Origin: a candidate division WOR-3 bacterium | GTDB lineage: Bacteria; Hydrothermota; Tepidihabitantia; Tepidihabitantales; Tepidihabitantaceae | NCBI GenBank assembly: GCA_965649205.1 | Contig: CBFGJV010000002.1 | Location: forward strand, 68,764-132,763 | Length of the DNA stretch: 64,000 nucleotides | Direction: 5' to 3' | In this document: positions 59,087 to 64,000 of the stretch, in pieces | Numbering within the stretch: the first letter of the stretch is position 1 | Layout of the letters: each line of letters starts with the position of its first letter | The notes under the pieces: generated by a model | Told to the model about the DNA's origin: nothing | The model's database searches: none | Seen by the model: only the letters and a program-made list of their open reading frames with translations | Translations under genes and position numbers: made by a program

Positions 59087-60001
59087 GTGCGAGCTGCCTT
59101 ACGAAGTGACGCGTCCCGGTTTCTCCGCCCGGAAGTAGTAGCCAAGCTGAAGGGCATAGACCTGAAGGCCCGGCTGGTGGTAGAGGGTTTTTTAGCCGGC
59201 CTGCATCGTTCTCCGTATCGGGGTTTTTCGGTGGAGTTTGCCGAGCACCGGCCGTATATGCCCGGAGACGAGCTGAAACGTATTGACTGGAAAGTCTATG
59301 GTAAGACAGACCGTTTCTACGTCCGGGAGTTTGAAGAAGAAACGAATCTGCGCGCATACATTATCCTGGATGCCTCCGGCTCCATGTCCTACGCGGCGGG
59401 AAAAGGAGCGGTCAGCAAGTTTGAGTACGGTTGTTGCCTGGCTGCCAGCCTCTCCTATCTGCTGTTGCATCAGAAAGATTCGGCCGGCCTGGTGATTTTT
59501 ACCGACCGGATACAGACTTATGTACCGGCGCGCAGTTCTGCTTCGCATCTGAACGTGGTGCTTACCCAGCTGGAGCGGCAGAAGCCCGGCGGGGATACGA
59601 ACTTGTCGGTGACTTTTCACCAGTTGGCGGAACGCATCAAGCGCCGGGGGCTGGTGATTATCATTTCTGACCTATGGGATGACCAGGCCGCAGTGCTTTC
59701 GGCTTTGCGTCACTTTCGCCATCGGAGGCACGAGGTGCTGGTGTTTCATATAGTAGCGCCGGACGAAGAGAATCTCGGTCATAAACAGCCGGAGGTGTTG
59801 CGCGACCTGGAAACCGGGCAAGAAATGATGATTGACCCCCGGGTGGTGGGACCGGCGTACAGAGCGGCTTTTCAGGCGTATTTCCGCCGGTTTGAACAGG
59901 GATGTCGAGAGGGACTTATAGACTATCAGCGCATCAGAACAGACACGCCGTTTGACCGGGCGCTTTTTGCCTATCTGGAACGCCGGGAAAGGATGCGTTA
60001 G
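59087..60001 (+). CDS. DUF58 (MoxR-associated VWA) protein
   Basis: G.HRS...G.SVEFAEHR.Y.PGD...IDWK, LDASGSM, IISD. Confidence 0.93.
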   Translation: MRAALRSDASRFLRPEVVAKLKGIDLKARLVVEGFLAGLHRSPYRGFSVEFAEHRPYMPGDELKRIDWKVYGKTDRFYVREFEEETNLRAYIILDASGSMSYAAGKGAVSKFEYGCCLAASLSYLLLHQKDSAGLVIFTDRIQTYVPARSSASHLNVVLTQLERQKPGGDTNLSVTFHQLAERIKRRGLVIIISDLWDDQAAVLSALRHFRHRRHEVLVFHIVAPDEENLGHKQPEVLRDLETGQEMMIDPRVVGPAYRAAFQAYFRRFEQGCREGLIDYQRIRTDTPFDRALFAYLERRERMR

Positions 60002-62007
60002 TGGGGATTTCGGTTTCCGGCTGGTTTTTGCTGCCCGTGTTTCTGCTCGCATCCATACCGGTCATCATTCATCTTCTGTCCCGGTTGCGTTTGCAGCGAC
60101 GGCCGTTCCCTTCGCTGTTGTTGCTGCAAACGGTCAGGCGGGAAAAGTTTTCCTGGCTGCGCTTGCAGGAATTGATCCTGCTCGTCTTGCGTACTCTGGC
60201 CCTGCTAGCGCTTCTGCTGGCTTTTTTGCGGCCCTATCTGCGCAGCCGCATTCTCGGTCTGGAGCAGGCCCGAGACCTGGTGCTTATTCTGGACGATTCC
60301 TACAGTATGGGTTACGGTTCGCGCTGGCAGACGGCGCAAGAGAGGGTTCGGGAGTTACTGCGTCTGACCGGGAGCGGAAAGAAGCTTGCCTTTCTCAGTG
60401 CCACCGGTTATTATGTTCCGGCTGAGGTCGGCAGTCGGCAGAGAGCTCTGGTTCTTCTGGATTCGCTGGAGCCATCCGGCCCGGCTCCGGTTCTAGGGCC
60501 GGTGCTGAGTCGGGGTCTAGGCGTGGCCGAGTCATTGCGAGCGCAGGTCATAGTTATTACCGACCTGCAGGAGCGAGCCATACCTGAGGATCTGGAGCTG
60601 CCGCCAGGAGTGGAGCTGATTCTGGAGGATGTGGCGTCTCCGTTTGGAAGCGGACGAGGAACCGGGCGGGAACCGGGGGAGGATAATGCGGGCATAGCCC
60701 GCTTGTACCCGGCGGGAGGGATGGTGGTGCCGGGACGACCTAATCAGTTGTGTGCCGAAGTGGTGAATTACGCGGAAAAGAAAACGGTAAGGACGTTGAC
60801 TCTGGAAGTAGAGGGCAGACGGGAAAGCCGGATGCTGGAGTTGAATCCCGGCGGCCGCCTGACCTACACCTTTGAAACCCAACTGGTTCAGCCTGGTACC
60901 TACGTATGCCGGGCGGAGATTTCGCCGGACTCTCTGCCCGTTGACGATGTCCGCTGGCTGGTTGTCCATCTGGGAAAGGTAATTCCGGTTCTGGTCGTGG
61001 AATCAGAGGCAGGGTCGGGCAGATACCTGGTCTCGGCTCTTACTGCCGACTCGGCAGCTGGTTTTGTGGTGACGGTTACAGGTACAACTGCCTTGTCCCG
61101 GGAGAATCTTACTCAGTACCAGGTGGTCATCTGCACCGACCCGGCAGCATTGAGACCGGCGGACTGGAACCGTCTGGAGCATTTTGTGCGCGCTGGCGGA
61201 GCCTGTCTGTTTCTGGCCGGTGAGGGGTTTGGCAGTTTTGCCGGTCCGGGCAGCTGGGTGGAAGCCACAAGCACAGCAAGGCTTACCGGTTTTCTTTCTA
61301 TACAGACCCTTGACACAACTCATCCGACACTTTGGCGTTTGCAGCCGGGGATTTTTTCTTCTGTGCACATATGGAGGCGGCCGTTGCTCAAGGTGCGGGA
61401 GGGCAGAATTCTGGCTACCTTTTCAGACGGGTCTCCGGCTGTTTGCGAAAGTCCCGACGGTCGCAGCATAGTCTGGGCAATTGCTCCGGTCCCGGAGTTT
61501 TCCGATTTGGTGTATCGGGCCGTTTTTGTTCCTTTCTTACATCAGACGGTTGCTTATCTTTCGCAGAGTCTCAGGCAGACAGAGTTTGCGGCAGGAGACA
61601 CTATCCGTCTACCGGTGGGCGAAGCAGTTGCCGTCACGGTGGTCAGTCCGGGGGCACGGACGGTTGCGCAGTCGGTTCCGGAAGGCGGCCAAGCCTGGGC
61701 AGTGTGGAAGAACACGCGGGTTCCCGGCGTGTATTCCTTTATCTGGGAAGGTGCGGGGGGCGAAAAGAAGGAAATGAGCGTGGCCGTAAATCCTCTGGCG
61801 GAAGAGGGGGACTTGAGGCGGGCGCGTCCGGAGCGACTTGCCAGCAGGGGTTACAAGGTGCGACCGGTAGGACTGAGTTATGCCGCAGACTTGTCTGTGC
61901 CTCTGTTGTTTATTGCCGCAGCAGCCTTCTGTGCGGAGATGTTACTGCTGTTTGCGAGCAGGGAGAAAGCCAGATTCCGGCAACAGCAGGAAATCCGGAC
62001 TAGATAA
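60001..62007 (+). CDS. BatA N-terminal plus VWA membrane protein
   Basis: IPVIIHLL, FPSL.LL, LLVLRTL, LDDSYSM, ITDLQ, D.L..DD.R, AVN...EGDL, C-terminal TM. Confidence 0.88.
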   Translation: MGISVSGWFLLPVFLLASIPVIIHLLSRLRLQRRPFPSLLLLQTVRREKFSWLRLQELILLVLRTLALLALLLAFLRPYLRSRILGLEQARDLVLILDDSYSMGYGSRWQTAQERVRELLRLTGSGKKLAFLSATGYYVPAEVGSRQRALVLLDSLEPSGPAPVLGPVLSRGLGVAESLRAQVIVITDLQERAIPEDLELPPGVELILEDVASPFGSGRGTGREPGEDNAGIARLYPAGGMVVPGRPNQLCAEVVNYAEKKTVRTLTLEVEGRRESRMLELNPGGRLTYTFETQLVQPGTYVCRAEISPDSLPVDDVRWLVVHLGKVIPVLVVESEAGSGRYLVSALTADSAAGFVVTVTGTTALSRENLTQYQVVICTDPAALRPADWNRLEHFVRAGGACLFLAGEGFGSFAGPGSWVEATSTARLTGFLSIQTLDTTHPTLWRLQPGIFSSVHIWRRPLLKVREGRILATFSDGSPAVCESPDGRSIVWAIAPVPEFSDLVYRAVFVPFLHQTVAYLSQSLRQTEFAAGDTIRLPVGEAVAVTVVSPGARTVAQSVPEGGQAWAVWKNTRVPGVYSFIWEGAGGEKKEMSVAVNPLAEEGDLRRARPERLASRGYKVRPVGLSYAADLSVPLLFIAAAAFCAEMLLLFASREKARFRQQQEIRTR

Positions 62008-62371
62008 TCAACCCGGTACGTAGGTAGTGAACGTAGCGGGAAAAGACGCTTTCGTCTTCCAGTATGGCTACCCGGCTGATGACCGCGCACCCTTCTTCGC
62101 AGGTGACCTTGAGACCGTAAGCCTGGTGCCCGGGTTCGCGCACCGTATAGCCCAAGTCGTAAACCTCTTCCGCTTTCTGGTAGCCGCGGCCGGTGACAGT
62201 TTCCATAAATGCGGCCAGGTTGTCGGCCAGAGCCGAGAGAGCGGCCTGAGTTTGCAGAGGGTTGAGCAGCGGAATGCGGATTACCTCGCCGCCCATGGAG
62301 CGGGCGTCCACTACTTCGGCGCGGTCGGTGTCAAGATACTGGCGCAGCTGGTTCAGTTCCCCTGAATTCAT
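62000..62371 (-). CDS. Hypothetical protein
   Basis: 123-aa ORF with promoter TTGACA(62408)-N16-TAGAGT. Confidence 0.7.
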   Translation of the reverse strand: MNSGELNQLRQYLDTDRAEVVDARSMGGEVIRIPLLNPLQTQAALSALADNLAAFMETVTGRGYQKAEEVYDLGYTVREPGHQAYGLKVTCEEGCAVISRVAILEDESVFSRYVHYLRTGLII

Positions 62372-62404
62372 AGCTGACTAACTCTAGCCCGGCCGTTCTG
62401 GCTG

Positions 62405-63646
62405 TCAAGCCAGGTCAAGCATCATATGAGCGTGCACGCGAGCGTCGTCCACCATATCGGCTATGACGCAGTATTCGTCCGGCGCATGGGCTTTGCCCCG
62501 GTACTTGCCCCAGACTACTGCAGGTATTCCCCGACGGCGGAAGAAGGCTGCAACAGTGCCACCACCTATTCCCTTGAGTACGGGTTTTTTGTGATATACC
62601 GCCTCTATGGCGCGACTAAGCAAACCCACAACCGGAGCATCAGGCGAAGTGGGAGGTGCTGCCGGCGCCAGCTGTTCGGTCTGGACTGTTATCTGCAGAC
62701 CGAATTCCCGGGCGGTTTCTTCTGCCAGTCGCCGGACGTCGGCGAGTATGTCTTCCAGCCGGTATTGAGGAAGTATGCGGCAGTCGAAATAGAATACGTC
62801 CTGAGCAGGAATGGTGTTTATGTTAGGCACATTGGCTTCCTTCTTCGTGGGCTCGAAGGTAGAAAGGGGAGGGGCAAACAGTTCGTCCCGGAGCTGGTAT
62901 TTTTCGTGCAGTTCTTTGTCCAGCCGCACCAGAAGATGCGCTCCCGCCCGGTGGGCGTTGGCTTGGGGAGCAGAGGCGTGGCTTTGTCTGCCCTGGACTG
63001 TGAACTTGAGCCAGAGGATAGACTTCTCGGCTATTTCTATCATGGTGCCTTCTTCGTTGCCTGCGTCTGGCACAACCACAAGGTCGTCGGGCTGGCACAG
63101 GTCGTATTGGGAGAGCAGCCAGTCTGCGCCCAGAGCCGAGCCGGTTTCTTCGTCCGCTACCAGCATCAGACACACTTCGCGCGCCGGCTGCAGACCCAAA
63201 TCCAGAAGGGCCTTGAGCGCAAAGCAGGAAGCCACCAATTCCTGCTGGTTATCTTCGGTGCCCCGTCCGTACAGTTTTCCGTCTTCTACAGTGGCCGCAA
63301 ATGGCGGATGCGTCCATAATTCGACAGGTCCGGCCGGAACCACATCCAGATGGGTCATTATCCACAGAGCTGGTCTCTGGCTTTGCCCGGAGGGCGGTTT
63401 CCATCTGGCTACGAGACTTGGTCGGTATCCACAGGGAGCTTGTGGGTCTGGCGCCCGATATTCGGTGACTTCCAGTCCCCAGCTCTGCAAAAGGGGACGC
63501 AGGTAGTCAACCCGTTCTTTTTCTCCTGTTCCGCCTGATTTCGGACTGATGGCCGGTCGGCGCACCAGTTCTTTCTGGAGCGCTATCATTTCCGGTTCCA
63601 ACCGACCTATGTAATCGAATACGGTCTGAAATTCTGCCTGTTTCAT
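62405..63646 (-). CDS. M20 family metallopeptidase (DapE/ArgE-like)
   Basis: HLDVVP.G, YGRGTEDN, DEETGS, G.QSHAS, GGGT, AH.PDEY. Confidence 0.9.
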   Translation of the reverse strand: MKQAEFQTVFDYIGRLEPEMIALQKELVRRPAISPKSGGTGEKERVDYLRPLLQSWGLEVTEYRAPDPQAPCGYRPSLVARWKPPSGQSQRPALWIMTHLDVVPAGPVELWTHPPFAATVEDGKLYGRGTEDNQQELVASCFALKALLDLGLQPAREVCLMLVADEETGSALGADWLLSQYDLCQPDDLVVVPDAGNEEGTMIEIAEKSILWLKFTVQGRQSHASAPQANAHRAGAHLLVRLDKELHEKYQLRDELFAPPLSTFEPTKKEANVPNINTIPAQDVFYFDCRILPQYRLEDILADVRRLAEETAREFGLQITVQTEQLAPAAPPTSPDAPVVGLLSRAIEAVYHKKPVLKGIGGGTVAAFFRRRGIPAVVWGKYRGKAHAPDEYCVIADMVDDARVHAHMMLDLA

Positions 63647-63696
63647 TTTTTACCTCGGTCGAAACGATACGAGTAAGCCCGACTGCCTAGCGTTTC

Positions 63697-63858
63697 TCAG
63701 GGCCGACGCGCCGGCTGGCGGCGCGGGGGCTTTTCTTCTTCTTCCGGGTCTTCTTCCATGCAGGATGCGAAGTAGGGGCATTTAGGGCAGCAGTCATCCT
63801 GCAGGAGACTGCCGCGCGCTTTGCATACTTCGTATCCGGCGCAGGCATGACAACACAT
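63697..63858 (-). CDS. Small Cys-rich protein (53 aa) with two CCxxC-x5-C motifs
   Basis: Not in ORF track. AGGAGG SD; MCCHACAGYEVCKARGSLLQDDCCPKCPYFASCMEEDPEEEEKPPRRQPARRP. Confidence 0.75.
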   Translation of the reverse strand: MCCHACAGYEVCKARGSLLQDDCCPKCPYFASCMEEDPEEEEKPPRRQPARRP

Positions 63859-63872
63859 GGACGGATTACCTC

Positions 63873-64000
63873 CTATTCTGTTTGAGCAAGAATGATTGCT
63901 ATTTCCCGTACCAGTTCGGCCACGACCGCCGCACTGGGAGTGGGGAAGGGGCCGCGGGGGCCAAATTTCACTAAGTGGCCAGCCCCCACCCGCCCACAGG
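63873..64000 (-). CDS. Possible 3' end of an upstream gene (partial, unknown product)
   Basis: Open frame ...FPTPSAAVVAELVREIAIILAQTE* whose TAG overlaps the SD of the Cys-rich gene. Confidence 0.4.
   Translation of the reverse strand, partial: CGRVGAGHLVKFGPRGPFPTPSAAVVAELVREIAIILAQTE

Noticed and set aside
63358..63366. DnaA box TTATCCACA
   Set aside because: Single copy inside the M20 coding sequence; no cluster and no AT-rich unwinding element.

Overview
Gene-dense bacterial core-genome window with no integrase, transposase, phage, CRISPR or rRNA. It looks like a diderm anaerobe: TolC, lipoproteins and T9SS-like C-terminal tails suggest an FCB-allied lineage such as candidate division WOR-3 (inference only). 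Translation and RNA genes: rpsP-khpA-trmD-rplS-rnhB, rpsR-rplI, tyrS, argS, rbfA-truB-ribF, rpmH-rnpA-yidD-yidC-jag-mnmE and tRNA-Ser(GGA). Other content: purF, queD, nfo, a Cu-type P1B ATPase, a MacAB-TolC-Yip1 export operon, a DUF2089/SHOCT/DUF4097 envelope-stress-type operon, an M15 peptidase with two L,D-transpeptidase-like genes, several secreted proteases and PKD proteins, and an iscS-iscU-glutaredoxin-FTR/rubredoxin operon. Most notable observations: (1) the IscS lacks the PLP Schiff-base lysine (SAQSFYGPKG) and is linked to a thiol-reduction module; (2) 21 of 24 sigma70-like promoters read by eye have a 16-bp spacer, several leaderless; (3) a small exported protein carries three TonB-box-like PEVVV motifs at the head of the SHOCT operon; (4) an active and a Cys-less L,D-transpeptidase are paired; (5) an unannotated 53-aa protein has a doubled CCxxC-x5-C motif; (6) a PKD lipoprotein gene is doubly frameshifted. 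All family calls come from motif recognition by eye; no searches were run.
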